64,000 bases of DNA, taken from assembly GCA_009602735.1 (NCBI GenBank), contig WELA01003365.1:1-64000 (forward strand), written 5' to 3'. This DNA is from Mesotaenium endlicherianum (lineage: Eukaryota). The translations under genes and the position numbers were made by a program. The notes below the pieces were generated by a model. It saw only the letters and a program-made list of their open reading frames with translations. It was not told the origin of the DNA and made no database searches. Below, in pieces: positions 24,874-37,344 of this stretch. Position 1 is the stretch's first letter, and every line of letters starts with the position of its first letter.

Positions 24874-27800
24874 GGGNNNNNNNNNNNNNNNNNNNNNNNN
24901 NNNNNNNNNNNNNNNNNNNNNNNNNNNNNNNNNNNNNNNNNNNNNNNNNNNNNNNNNNNNNNNNNNNNNNNNNNNNNNNNNNNNNNNNNNNNNNNNNNNN
25001 NNNNNNNNNNNNNNNNNNNNNNNNNNNNNNNNNNNNNNNNNNNNNNNNNNNNNNNNNNNNNNNNNNNNNNNNNNNNNNNNNNNNNNNNNNNNGGGGGGGG
25101 GGGGGGGGGGGTGCATCATTGTCAGGTACTTGAAGGCGTGGTCCCACTTCATCCTGGTGCTCTCCTTCTACTCCGCCTGCGTCACGCCGCTCGAGTTCGG
25201 CTTCCACAAGGGCACGGGCCTCCCCCTGTGGTGGGAGCTCTTCGACATCGGCATCAACATGTTCTTTGTGGCCGACCTGCTCCTCAGCTTCTGCCTCACC
25301 TACAAGGACCCCAAGACGCACGAGATCGTCGACGACCACAAGCTCATCGTGAAGCGGTGAGCCTTGAGGAGCCGAGCCGGGCCGTGCCGACGGGACAAGC
25401 CAGGGCCTGGAGCTTGCCCGAGTATTGCTGGTTGGGATATGGGCTTGTGTTTGAGAAGTCGGCCGCAGATGGGGGCTCTGCATGAGAACTCAAAAGGGCC
25501 TGCCTCTTGACTTTTTGTCGATTTTGATCCGATCTTGATTTCAATTTCCCGCGTCGCTGTGCTGTCATTGCAATACGCTTGTGTGGGAGCAGTGCAGCCT
25601 ACGGGCCAGGCGCTGGGGAGTGACACGTGGCAGGCGTGTCGGTGTTGCTGGTGTGCGGCAGGTACCTGCGGACGGAGTTTGTGCCCGACCTCCTCGCCTG
25701 CATGCCGTGGGACTCCATCTACAAGGTGCAGCCGCCATGTGCCCCCTCATCCTGCACCAACCTCCCTAAATGGCGCCTATATCTGCCAGAATAAAATCCA
25801 CTCTCGCGCAACACCTACTCACTATCGACAGGTGCTGCGCAGACCTGGGTCATGCAATTGGCCATATTCATAAAACTAGAGTTTCGAATGCTCATACTGG
25901 GGCTCTCTGTTCTTATTCCTCTGGTGTTGTGGGTCATGCTCGTGATTTAGGCTTTGTTCCTACTAGCCTGGCAGCCCGGGTCGTGCTCATGGTTTAGGGT
26001 TTTGTTCCTACTATCCGGGTGATCATGCTTCTGGTCTAGGGTTCTGTTCTTCCTACGCGGATGATCATACTTCTGGTCTAGGGTTCTGTTCCTACAATCC
26101 GGGTGTTCATACTTCTGGTTTAGGGTTCTGCTCACACTAGCCTGGCGCCACTTGAGGCAGCCAGGCTTCAAGCTTGAATTAAGGGGGGAGGAGCACCTCA
26201 TGCACTTGAACACGCCCTATTGGCCAGGCCTTGCTTCTCTCCCTTGACGTGACGCACCGGGCACAACCTCGTCGCACTGCCAGGTGGCTGCTCAGGAAGC
26301 TGCTCCACTGTGTGCAAGTCCTGCCAGGCATCTGCTCCCGAGCTGCCGTCCTCGCTGTCGCATTCTTGAGTGAGTATTCTCAAGAGAGTCATTGCAGATT
26401 GGCGACAAGACAAATCATATGGCACATGCATCTGGCGCTTGCCACTGGCCCAGTCGTGCTGGCCGTGCTGGTCACGCTGGTAATGAACGTGCTCCAGCAG
26501 ACGCCCCTCCTCGCCCAACTGCTCGTGGTCAATGCCGTTGACTCGGCAAATCCTTGGTGCTGGCCTCTGTGTCGATGTCCGCCGAATGATGCTTGCTGCA
26601 GGCCACCGGGCGCCTGGAGGGGTTCCGCTACTTCAACTGGTTCAAGATCTACCGAGTGCGCAAAGTCAAAACCTTCTTCTCCAAGTGAGTACTAGCAAGC
26701 CTGCAGCCTGTACCCGTAGCAGCAGCAGCGGGAGCAACAGCAGCAGCAGCAGCAGCAGCAGCTGCAGCAGCTGCAGCGGCAGCATAAAGGGCCCTCTCAG
26801 CAGCAGCTGCAGCAGCGGCAGCACAAAGGGCCCTCCCTCTCTCTGCCCTTCGCCCGCCCGCACGTTTCAGTGCCCCAAAGCAAAAACCTCCCGCCCTGTT
26901 CGTGGACTTCCAACCCGCCTCTTTACGCCACGGACACGGACAGCTCTGAATCAACGCGCCACCCATGCGCCCGTGCCCAAACCCCATGCCCGTACGCTTC
27001 ACGCGCCCACGCCCACGCCCACGCCCGCACCCGTGCCCACGCACGCCCGCACTCACGCCCACGCCGCGCTTACTCGCGCCCGCGCACGCGCTGCTTTGCG
27101 CGTGTGCTCTTTGGGACGGATCCTGGAGGCTGCTGGTGATTTGAGACTGTCGCACAAGTACGGCTTACGACCCTCGAGGGGCTAAGAGGAGGGGCCGGGA
27201 GGGGGACTTGGAGGGGGCTGGGGACAGAGGGCCAGCTTGTGAGCCCTGGGGCACTCGGGCCAGGGCTGTACTCCTCTTCACCTGTCGCGTCGGAGCGTCG
27301 CGCCCTCCCTGCCATTACTCGGCAGGAACGCTGGCATGCCACGGCGCTGCAGCAGGGGCACTCGGCCCGGTGATAGTGATCCTTCAGGTGCTCGAGGAGT
27401 CTCTGTGGGAGGCCTGCTAGTCAGCCGCCTGCGTCGTGCCAAGCATTGTTGAGGCAGCAGGAGTTTTCCCGTGGCCGTCCTAAAGTGGAAGGCCACAGCC
27501 CCGGGACGCGGTGCCGTGCCAATCTTTCCTCCAGTTGTCGCAAGAGCTCCAGTTCTGCCTTCTCAGCCCCCTTGGCAGTGCCTCCTGGCACCTCCGATGG
27601 AATCCTCACTCATCTGGAACCCTAGACCCCAAATCTTAACCATGAGCTTTAAAGCCCAAGTCCTTCATTCCCAGACCCTAAAGCCTGGCGCCCCTGGTGC
27701 TGTGCCCGCCTGCCTTCCAGCCGTAGGAGTTTTCCTGTGGCAGTCTTGGACACCTCAGGCACGTCTCTTGGGACCTCTAGGTGGAAACCCTAAGCCCCTG

Positions 27801-30800
27801 GCAGCTCGGGTGCTGAGACCTGTGCCTGTGTCTGACGTCTTTAGTGAGCACGGGAGACTGGTACGCACGGTTGTGTTGGCAGTCGGATGAGACCCTATAC
27901 AGGCAGTAGGGCTCAAAAGTTGTGGCGCTCCACGTACGGTCTGCCTGCTCCCCCATCTTGTTCTGCGGTGGTGACTTCAATCTGAAAGAAAGAGCCCACC
28001 ACTCCCGCCGCTGCGTCATTGGTCGGCAGGCGAGGGACCCTGCTGCAGCTTAGCTTCTTAGGCTCTCATTCTTTTGTGTCTGTAGGGCGCAAGGTGGGCT
28101 CGCTCGCTCGCTCGCTTGCTCGAGGTGCTTGGAGTGGAGAGGGGGCGGGCATGCAAGAGGACGCCGTTGGCACAGGAAGTGTGGACTTGGTCATGCGTTG
28201 CCTGCTTGCCAACAGGATTGCAAATGCAAGTATGCCCATGCGGGTATGCCCAACGGGTATGCCCATGCGATTTAGGATGCGAGTGCGGGTGCGAGAACGA
28301 GTGCGGATGCAGATGCAAATGCTTAGTGTGGGTGCATGGGATTCTGGGGTATGCGCCCGGGAGAGCGCAAATCAGCCTGGCGAAGGCGGCTGCGACCGCA
28401 AGTGCCAGAGGAAGTGTATAAGCAGGCGCGTGCACGCGTGTGTGTCTCGTGTGGGGTGTGGGGAGAGAGCTATCCGCAGGCTGCTGGCTGGCTGAGCCGT
28501 AGACCTGCGGAGGATCTTGAGCCGTTGAGGTGGGCTCAGGCGGATGGGTGCAGGCTAGAGCTAGAGCTAGGCGTCGTCAGAGTGGGTAGGAGTACTGAGG
28601 GAGCAAGCCAAGTGTTGTAGTGGCTGTGCGTGCAAGTGCCGACAGAGTTGCCAATGCTTATGCTCATGCGCATGAGGGTGCACATGTGCGCGGGAGAGAG
28701 CGCGAGTGCGAGCGGCAAGCTGCAGGAGGTAGTTCAGAACGCGCAAAATACCCCAAGCTGTCAGGTCTCGTGCAAATGCGTCTGGGTGGGCGGTGTGTGC
28801 TCGCGTCAATGGGTGGGCGGGCGGGCGGGCGGGTGCGCGCGCGGCGGTGCAGGCTGGAGAAGGACACGCGGTACAACTACCTGGTGGTGCGCATCACGCG
28901 GCTGGTGGTGGTGGAGGTGTACTACACGCACGTGGCCGCCTGCATCTTCTACTACCTGGCCACCACCGTGCCCGCGGCGCGCGAGGCCGACACCTGGCTC
29001 GGCAGCCTCACGCTGGGCGGCCAGTCGTACGCCAACTTCCGCGAGCTCAGCTTTGGGCGGCGCTACTGCGTCAGCCTCTACTGGGCCATCATCACCATGG
29101 TCACCCTCGGCAAGTTCCCGCTTTCAGTCGCTCACGGCCTTGCCACACCGCACACACCCCCCGCCCTCCTTCCTCCCCCCCCTCCCTTTCCTCGCTCCCC
29201 TCCCTCCCGTTCTCCCTCACTTCCTCTTCCCGGGGCCTTTGCACACAGGTGACGCAGACGTCATGCTTGTCCTCCTTGTCCTTATTTGCACTATCACTTG
29301 CAGCCCCTTCCTGTTGGACCTAGTCTATGGCGTCGGTCTCTCATCTTGTTATTTAATGAACACGTTTCCTCTCCATTTGTTGATGTTGCTGCTGCTGTCG
29401 GTTTTCTTGCTGCTGGTGTCGCCTTTGTTGCTGTTGTGTCTTTTTCTTTTTTTTTGGTCCTCTGCAAGCGGCTGGTGCTTCAGCTACCTTCGGAGAACTG
29501 TACACACGTGGATGCGCCGCCGCGCGCGCGCCTGCATTGACCAGTGTGCGCGCTCGTGTGACCGGCTGCAGGGTACGGTGACATCCACCCGGTGAACCCG
29601 CGCGAGATGATCTTCGTGATGGTGTTTGTGTCCATCGACATGCTGGTGACGGCGTACCTCATCGGAAACATTACCGCCATCATCGTGCGCGGCTCCATGA
29701 CGGAGCGCTTCCGCGACAAGATGACGGGGGTCCTGCGATATGCCGACAGGTGGGTGGTGGTGGTCGGTGAGTGTGGTCGGTGGTCGGTGATTGACGGTTG
29801 GAGGTCGGTGTTCGGCGGTTTGCGCTTGGCGCTTGACAGTTGGCGATTGGTGGTTGGCGGTTGGCGCTGACGGTCGATTATTGGCGGTCGGTGGTTGGCG
29901 GTTGACGGTTGGTGGGTGATGAGTGGCAAGTCTCAGAAGGACGGTCGTGTTTCCCTCTGTGGCGCTCCTGTGCTGATCCGAGGCAAGGTGTTGCCAGCCT
30001 CGCTGTGAGACATTGACACGTGTCTGGGGCTCCAGGATGCTCGGGCCTCCTCCCCCGCCCGCATGCTGCCACTTGGCAGGTGGCAGGTGCGGGGGCAGTG
30101 AGTGACTTGCGCATCCAGAGCTTGGCTGGGATTGTAAGAATGTGACGTGCTGTCGTCTTCTGCTCTCAGCAGCGTTTGTCGAGTGCCACGTGGCCGCGGC
30201 AGGGAGACCGTGTGGCAGTCCCTCGGCTGTGAGGAGCCTCTAACACCTGCGCAGGCTTCTTGCCATCTGGCAACGTTGCAAACAGAGTGACGGGGTTCCT
30301 ACAAAATGTTTTCCCCACTTTTCCGAGCATTGCATTTTCCCGAGCGAAAGAGCTGCCAGAGAGTGGGGCCTGAGCTGGCGGCCCCTTGAAGCCGTCTGTG
30401 CGCTGGGCTGATGTGGGGCGCGCGCGCGTGAGGGCGGGCGCAGGAGCCAGATGCCCAAGGTGCTGAAGAAGCAGCTGAAGGCGCACACGGCGCTGCAGTA
30501 CGAGACGCAGCAGCAGGAGGAGACGGCGCTGCTGGAGAGCTTCCCGCCGTCGCTGCGCGCGCGCGTGCTGCGCGCGCAGTACAAGGAGCTCCTGCACCGC
30601 TCCTACCTCTTCGACTCCTGCTCCACCGACTTCGTCAACATGATCGTGGGTGCCCAAGCTCCACACTGTACCAAGCCACGCCCCCCCTCCCCCTCCCCCT
30701 CCCCCGTCAGGAGCCTGCGCTCCAGCCCTGGCCTGGGCAAGCACGGGGCTAGGGCAGGCACGATGGACTCACATGCCGGCAAAGAGGAGCAGCGCGCCCC

Positions 30801-33800
30801 AGGCAGCAGACAGCAGCAGGCGCGCACCCTTGCGCAGCACCATGGCCCAGCTCATGCTCCGGTACGCCCCCCACGCCATCAGCACGTCCACGAGAGCTGC
30901 CCCCGTGCGCGCCCACGCCCCACGCCCCACGCACACCAAGCGTCACACTTGCTTGGCTTGCTTTCTTGCCAGCTCGAGCGAGGGAGGTGNATGGCCACCT
31001 TTCTCCCCTTCTCCCGTCTGTTGCCCTCGAGGCCGCCCCTTTGTGTGAAACCGCTCCGCTGTTTTTTGTGCCCACGGCTTGCGTTGCGCTAACACGTGGC
31101 AGCCCCGTGTGAGCCCCCCCGCGTGGCCGGCCAGGTCAGCCGGCTGCACGTGGAGTACTTCTTCCCGGGTGAGGTCGTCATTGGCCAGCTGGACGCGGGC
31201 GACCAGATGTACCTCATCTGCCACGGCATAGTGGTACGCTGACGCGCCCTTGCCTCTTCTTCTCCTGCTCCTTCTCCCTGTCAGCCCCTTCTTGCAGGCA
31301 CTCTTTGTCGCCCTGCACTCTCTCTGCGGGGCCGCGCTTGTTAGGAGGCGCCAGCACCGTGAGCGTCGTGGTGATGGGGGCTGCTCGCATGCATGCACCT
31401 CTTATCCTCCTCCTCTCTCTCTCCTTCTCCTCCGCCCTCGTCCTGGCCTCCGCCTTCGCATTTTCGCCGGGCTTCCCTTCGTGGGGCCGAAGCTCCCAAC
31501 CGCAGAGGAGCTGACTATTACGATCCGCATAGCCGGGCAGCTCCGCACGCGGCTTGCTCTCATGTCTTCTTGGGGCGGAGCTGCTGCACCAGCACTTCAA
31601 TTTTGATACGTGCGTGCTCAACCAACGGTGTAGCTCTATGCATGCACGCGTGTCAGGCCCATACTAGCGCCCACGCCCCTGGAGCTGCGAGCGCAAGGTG
31701 CTCGCCGCCCGTCCTCGGGGCGCTCCTCCGCGCTTTCCCTCACCGATGTCCCCTCCAGCTTTTGCGAGGAGCTCCTGCACTTGCTTCTGCAATTTCTGTC
31801 GAAATTGGGCACCGACGGCAACAGAAACGGCAACGGCAACACCAACAGCAACAGCAGACAGCTGGCAACAGCAACAGCAACAGCAGACAGCTGGTTGTGC
31901 TGCGGGAGCTTCCCGCTGCTCTGCTGCTGGTGCGGGTGCTGTTGAAGCAGCCTCCGTGCTGGAGGCATTTTGTGTTTGCTCTCTGCAAGGCAGCAGTGGG
32001 CGAAGCAGCCTCTAAAGTGCTCCTCGTAATAAGGAGGGGAACATACACCCGCGCTAGGCGCCCCCACTCATCCACGGCTGCCGGGGAGGGGGAGCGGAGG
32101 ATGAGTGCAGGAGGAGGTGAAGGTGAGCGGCGGCCCCGGCGAGGGTGCCGACGGCAACGGCAGGCAGGTGGAGGTGGTGGGGGAGCTGGGGCCGGGGGAG
32201 CTCTTCGGGGAGGTGGCGCTGCTGTGCAGCATCCCGCAGCCGTTCTCCGTGCGCGTGAAGGAGCTGGCGCAGCTGCTGCGCGTGGAGAAGCCGACCATGA
32301 GCATGGCCGCCGCCATCTACGCGCAGGACGGCCAGCACGTCGTCTCTAACCTCCTCCAGGTTGCGCTCGCCCCGCCTCCCTCTCCCCCCCGCCCTGCCGT
32401 GTGCGCTTCTCTGCTGTGTACGTTCTTGTACCTTTCTGAGTGTCTTCATGCTATCTACAAATGCTCTCTGGATGCTCACTGCATTCTCTCTGGATGCTCT
32501 CTCTGGATGCCCTCATAGTTTTCCAAATGCTCTCGCACTGCTAGGAGTGCTCCCTCCGGATGCTTCGAATACGCCATGCCGGCAACGGGCAGGGGGGAAG
32601 CAGGCGTCCTCGCACGCACATGAGCGTGGGAGGAGCACGCGGAGCAGGCCGTGCCATTGCGGCATGCATGTGGGCCAGTCCACCCCGCTTCTTTGCACCT
32701 GCGAGTGAAGCAGGAGCCTTGGTGCGTGAGGATGCATGTCCCCGAGCACACCCTTTTGCGGCAGAGTTGCTCCAGGCGGTGCGAGTTTGCGGGTAGCTCA
32801 GCTCGTCGGTGAGACTGTCTTGAGAGCCAGAGCCATGAGGAGTTTGCCGGAGGGCCGAGGGCGGGCAGGGGGGCAAGGCGCAAGGCAAGGGTGCTTGTAG
32901 ATTAATGTGAGCCCACCGATGACATCGGATAGTCGGCAGCAGCAGACAAAGAGAGGGAGCATTTCCAACGACGCTGGACCCAATTTGTGCTCTGCGGGCG
33001 AGTAGCGAGAAATCGCGTGCATGCTCTTCGGGCCCTCTTCCTCCTCCTTTTCCTCCTCCTCCTCCTTCCTCTCCTCCTCCTCTTTGTCCTCCTCCTCCTC
33101 CCCCCCCTCCTCCTCCTTCCTCTCCTCCTCTTCTTCGTCCTCCTCCTCCTCCTCCTCTTCCTCTTCCTCCTTCACTGCCACCTCCATCTCCGCCTCCTCC
33201 CCCTGCTGCATTTCGGCTCATCTGGCTCGCCCCTGCAGGGCGGTGCTGAGGTGGCAGAAGAGCCGCGACGGCGACACGCAGAGCGAGCAGCTGGCGGCGG
33301 AGATCACGCGCCTCGTGGACCAACAAGAGGGCGAGCTGGCGACCATGTTCGTCAGCGTGGCGTCGCGCGGGGACCTCGAGCACGTCAAGCAGCTGGTCAA
33401 GGCGGGCGCCAAGCCCTCGCAGGCGGACTACGACGGCCGCACGCCACTCCACCTGGCGTCCGGTAAGGGGTTCGACGACATGTGCCTATTTCTCCTGCGG
33501 GAGGGCGCCGACGTCAACGCTAAGGGTGAGTGGGCTCCTCCCTCTTCTTCCCCTCCGGTTGTCTCGGGGAGCTATTGCTGGAAGGAGAGGGAATTCTGCT
33601 TCGTTCCGTGTTGTGGTTCGTTATGTTCTCGTGTGCACCAGCGTGCACTCTGTAATACTTCGGTGAACACGAGAGCTCAGAAGCCGACACCTGGAGCACT
33701 GCATGTTCTCAAGTCGCTTCGACTGTCTCAAGTGTGTACTTTTTACGCGCCCTTACAGAAGAAAAAAGAGCTCATATCACTTTTACCAGGGCCGCTGGCG

Positions 33801-34592
33801 GGCAGCGCTGCCTCTGTGTGCGTGCGGAAGACATATCTCTGCGACGCTTGCTTGCGTGCCCCGTGTCCCACACAGCAGGCCCGATGCCACTTCAAGCATC
33901 GCCTGTCGACTTATCCTGCTGCATCACATGTGCTGCATGCTCTTGCCAAGTGGCAAGCTTACCGACGCTGCTTGATACCTTTACCCCGAGCCCTGGCTGA
34001 CGACGGTGTACCGCCATGCGTGCATGCAGGGCCTTTCCTTGCCACTTGGCGCTCGCTGCTTGCAGCCTTTGCTTCTCAGAGCTAGCTGCATGTATCAGAG
34101 TTTGTGCGCCTGTTGCCGCACTCAGGGGAAGGCCTACCTTGGAGTAGGCTGTAGGGATAGGCTGGGGAAGGCCTTGAGATTATATATGCGCAGTCCAGTC
34201 CTTCTGCTTGGATACTAAATAGTGCGATAACGGTGCCTCCTTGTTTGATTGCTCGCTCACGTGTCGTTTTTCTGACGGGGGCAGACGCGTTCGGGGTGAC
34301 GCCGCTGCTGGAGGCGCTGAGGCGCGGCCACGACTCGACAGCTGCCATTCTGCTGGAGAAGGGGGGAGCCGTCTCCCTGAGCAACGCGGGGACCGAGCTC
34401 TGCAACGCGGTCATGAGGGGGAACGTGGAGTACTTGGACGTGCGTCCCTTAAGCTGCTGGCTTCCTGCCCTCCTTCACGCGTGTCTGTATGTTCGCGCCT
34501 GCGTGTGCCTCTGTGTGTGCTTGTATGCTTCTGTGTGCGAGGGTGAGTGGGCAACTCGTGCGGGTTCTTGTGCCTTGTGCTTGTGCTTGTGC

Positions 34593-34631
<39 letters not shown>

Positions 34632-37344
34632 GGGGGTGAAGAGAGGGGGTGCATCGTGCTTGCGCGTGTGCGTGTGCATACCTGAGTGTGCGTGCGCATC
34701 ATCTGCATGTGTGCCGGATATCTCCTCCTCACAGCTGTCAAGACGGATTTCCTGACTGGGAGGCTCCTGGGAGTTGCTCCCCCGTGCATCCTTGCGTGTG
34801 CCGTCGAGTCTCTTCCTGGCCACCAACTGTGTTGCCCCTTGAGCTGCTGCAAATGTGTACATATATAAATACACATATATACTTATCATAATATAAATCA
34901 ATGAATATACATATATTTATATTTATGTATATATATGTATATTTACTTATTTATTCCTTTAAAATCAATACTTTGAGGTTTCTTATTACATTCTCTACAA
35001 CGTGATGTATCACCTGCAAACGTCACCAATGCGATCCTTGTTCATGGCGCTATTTCGGAGCACCTACAAGGAAGCCAGCCATGGCTGTCATTGTAGCAGA
35101 AGGCGGTACTGTTTCCGACGAATGCTTGTCATCGCGAGCACAAATTCTGCGTCTGCCGCTATTTGGCTGCCACCGGCCAGCCAATTAGCTTCGTGCGTGC
35201 TCACGTGTGCTCGCTACCATACTAAGACCTCAGGCGTCATGCCTGCGTGCGATCTGTACCCTGTTTGCGGCCAACATAGGACCCAGCACATTGTGCGCTG
35301 GCTTGTCTGACTTGCGTGCTGACCGTGCGTGCGCGTGCAGAGGCTGCTGTAACAAGTGCCATAAAATCGGCTGGGTAAATGCGTGGCAGATAGTGTACTC
35401 CTCTCTCCCTCGCTCGTGTCTTGCGCGTGCAGACGCTGCTGCAACAAACATATCAACACCTAGGCTGGGTGAATGCGATGCAGATGACTAGTGCTCCTCG
35501 CTCCCTTTTCTCCTTTCTCCCTTTTCTCCCTTTCTTCCCTTGTCATTGTGCTCGTTCCAGCCGCGTGCCAACCCATCAGGAAAGGCTCTCCACAACGTGT
35601 GTGTCACGCGTAGACTCGCAGAGTCTGCCAACCCTGGCCATCCTATTCGCGCTGACTCTCCTCTCTGTCTTTCTTGCGCGCACGCGCAGAGGCTGCTGGA
35701 GCACGGGGTGGACCCCGACTCGGGCGACTACGACGGCAGGACAGCCCTCCACGTGGCGAGCTCGGAGGGCTTCTACTTTGCAGCCAAATTGCTGCTGGAC
35801 CGCGGGGCCGACGCCTTTGCGCAGGACAGGTGGGGGAACATGCCCGTAGACGAGGCGTACGGCTGCGAGCACCTGCCACTTGTCAGGCTCCTGGAGGAGG
35901 CCATGCGCAGGCAGAGGGTGGGGCCGGCGAGGCGGAGCCACCACCCCACCACGTCCCGCGCTCTCCTCGTCAGCCAAGGGGGTACGTGTGGAGAAGTCCC
36001 CAGTGTTGACCTCGCTATCTCTCTCTCTCACACACACATACATACGCACACACACACTGTACATTTGCCTCTCTAAAGATAGAAGGTAAGGCTGAAGCAG
36101 TTGCTTCTGACCAGTTGTCAGAACATACTCGCTCTCAAGTTTTGGCGCTAGAGCATGTCTCTTTGTTCACCCGTCCCTCCCTTCTGCGCGTCCAGCCAGT
36201 GCCGTCTCAGGCTCCCATGTCTGCCGACAGCATGGCACTCCCTGTTCACTGTGTGCGCGGTGTGTGTCTGTGTGCGTGTCTGTGTGTGTACTTGCACTTA
36301 TTGGAGCTGCCAGAGGCCCAGTCTCGAGTGGCGACGTGTCATCCTGAGCACAGCAAGAGCCCTGCTGCGCACACAACCCCAGGAGACCAGGACTCGAGCC
36401 CTGACTCCGCAGATAGAGCTCAGAGGCACACTGAGTGTAGCGATGCTTTGAGTGGGCAAGTTCGACGGAGTGGACAGCCGGCAGAAAGCGAAGAGTCTGG
36501 ACAGAGCAGACAGGCTGGACAGAGCGGACATTCTGGGCACAATGGACGGCCCGGACGGAGCGGACAGGCCGTGGCTGGACAGAGTGGACAGAATGGACAG
36601 GTTGGACATTTTCCACAACGTAGGCGGCCCGGACAGAATGAACAGGCTGGACAGAGCGGGCAGCCTGACCAAGAAGAAGGCTATAGGGAAGAGCAGCAAC
36701 AGCAGCAGCAGCAGGGGGAGATTGGGGATGAGCTTCTCTGCAGCCCTGGCGATGCGGGCATGCACAGCAGCATTGGCAAGGAGCCAAGGGAGTCAGCCCG
36801 GCCCCCAGAGGCGCCACTGAGAGTGGAGCTGCCGGCCCACACCCACGCCCTCCGCCTCCCCCTGCGCTCGCTCTCGCTCTCGCTCTCGCGGGTGGCCTCC
36901 CCTGCATCCAGCGCCAGCCCCTCCCGCGGCGGCGCCATGGTTTCCGCCGGCAGCCCGCTCCTGGACATGGCGGCGGCGGCCGGCGCGTTGAAAAGAAGCA
37001 AAACCATGGAGCCGTCGCCGTCCCCTGCGCTTCCGAATTGGTCCAATCAGAGAAGGTCGTGGGGCGGAGCGTCTCCCTTCCGCAGGGCGAGGGTCACGCT
37101 GTATGCTCACCACCCCTTTGTCCCCAGGGGGAAGCGGCGAGCTGGCACGGGTCAACTGGTAGTGGTCCCCGACTCTATCCCGGAGCTCCTCGAGAAAGCA
37201 CACGAGCTTTTTGGAGGTGACTCGTCGTACGCGAGGATTCTGCACGGGGGTGGAGGCGAGGTCGCGTCCGTCGATTTGATACAGGACGGCGACCGGCTCT
37301 TTGCTGTCACCGAGGACGCGCTCTCAGCTCGTGAGTCGCCCTGA
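23740..37344 (+). CDS. Shaker-like K+ channel of SKOR/GORK (outward-rectifier) type with cNMP-binding, ankyrin and KHA domains. Exons 23740-24038, 25126-25356, 25662-25725, 26602-26684, 28853-29109, 29572-29749, 30444-30645, 31135-31233, 32111-32359, 33258-33525, 34285-34439, 35690-35981, 36314-37344. Start codon uncertain.
   Basis: DNRYLKAWSHFILV..TPLEFGF, DLLACMPWD, YTHVAACIFYYLATT, pore ITMVTLGYGDIHPVNPREMIF, S6 DMLVTAYLIGNITAIIVRGSMTERFRDKM, FGEVALLCSIPQPFSVRV, DYDGRTPLHLA ankyrins, KHA RVTLYAHHP..DLIQDGDRLF. All collinear with plant SKOR/GORK. Confidence 0.93.
25940..26146. repeat. Intronic minisatellite, 42-bp unit, about 4-5 degenerate copies
   Basis: Unit GGT(T/C)TAGGGTT(T/C)TGTTCCTAC(T/A)ATCCGGGTG(A/T)TCAT(G/A)CTTCT repeated in tandem. 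Confidence 0.85.

Noticed and set aside
25940..26146. Possible CRISPR-like array
   Set aside because: Units are contiguous tandem repeats with no unique spacers, no cas genes are present and the context is eukaryotic.
32541..33452. Poly-Glu, poly-Ser and poly-Gly ORFs
   Set aside because: Translations of an intronic (TCC)n tract plus the antisense of a channel exon.
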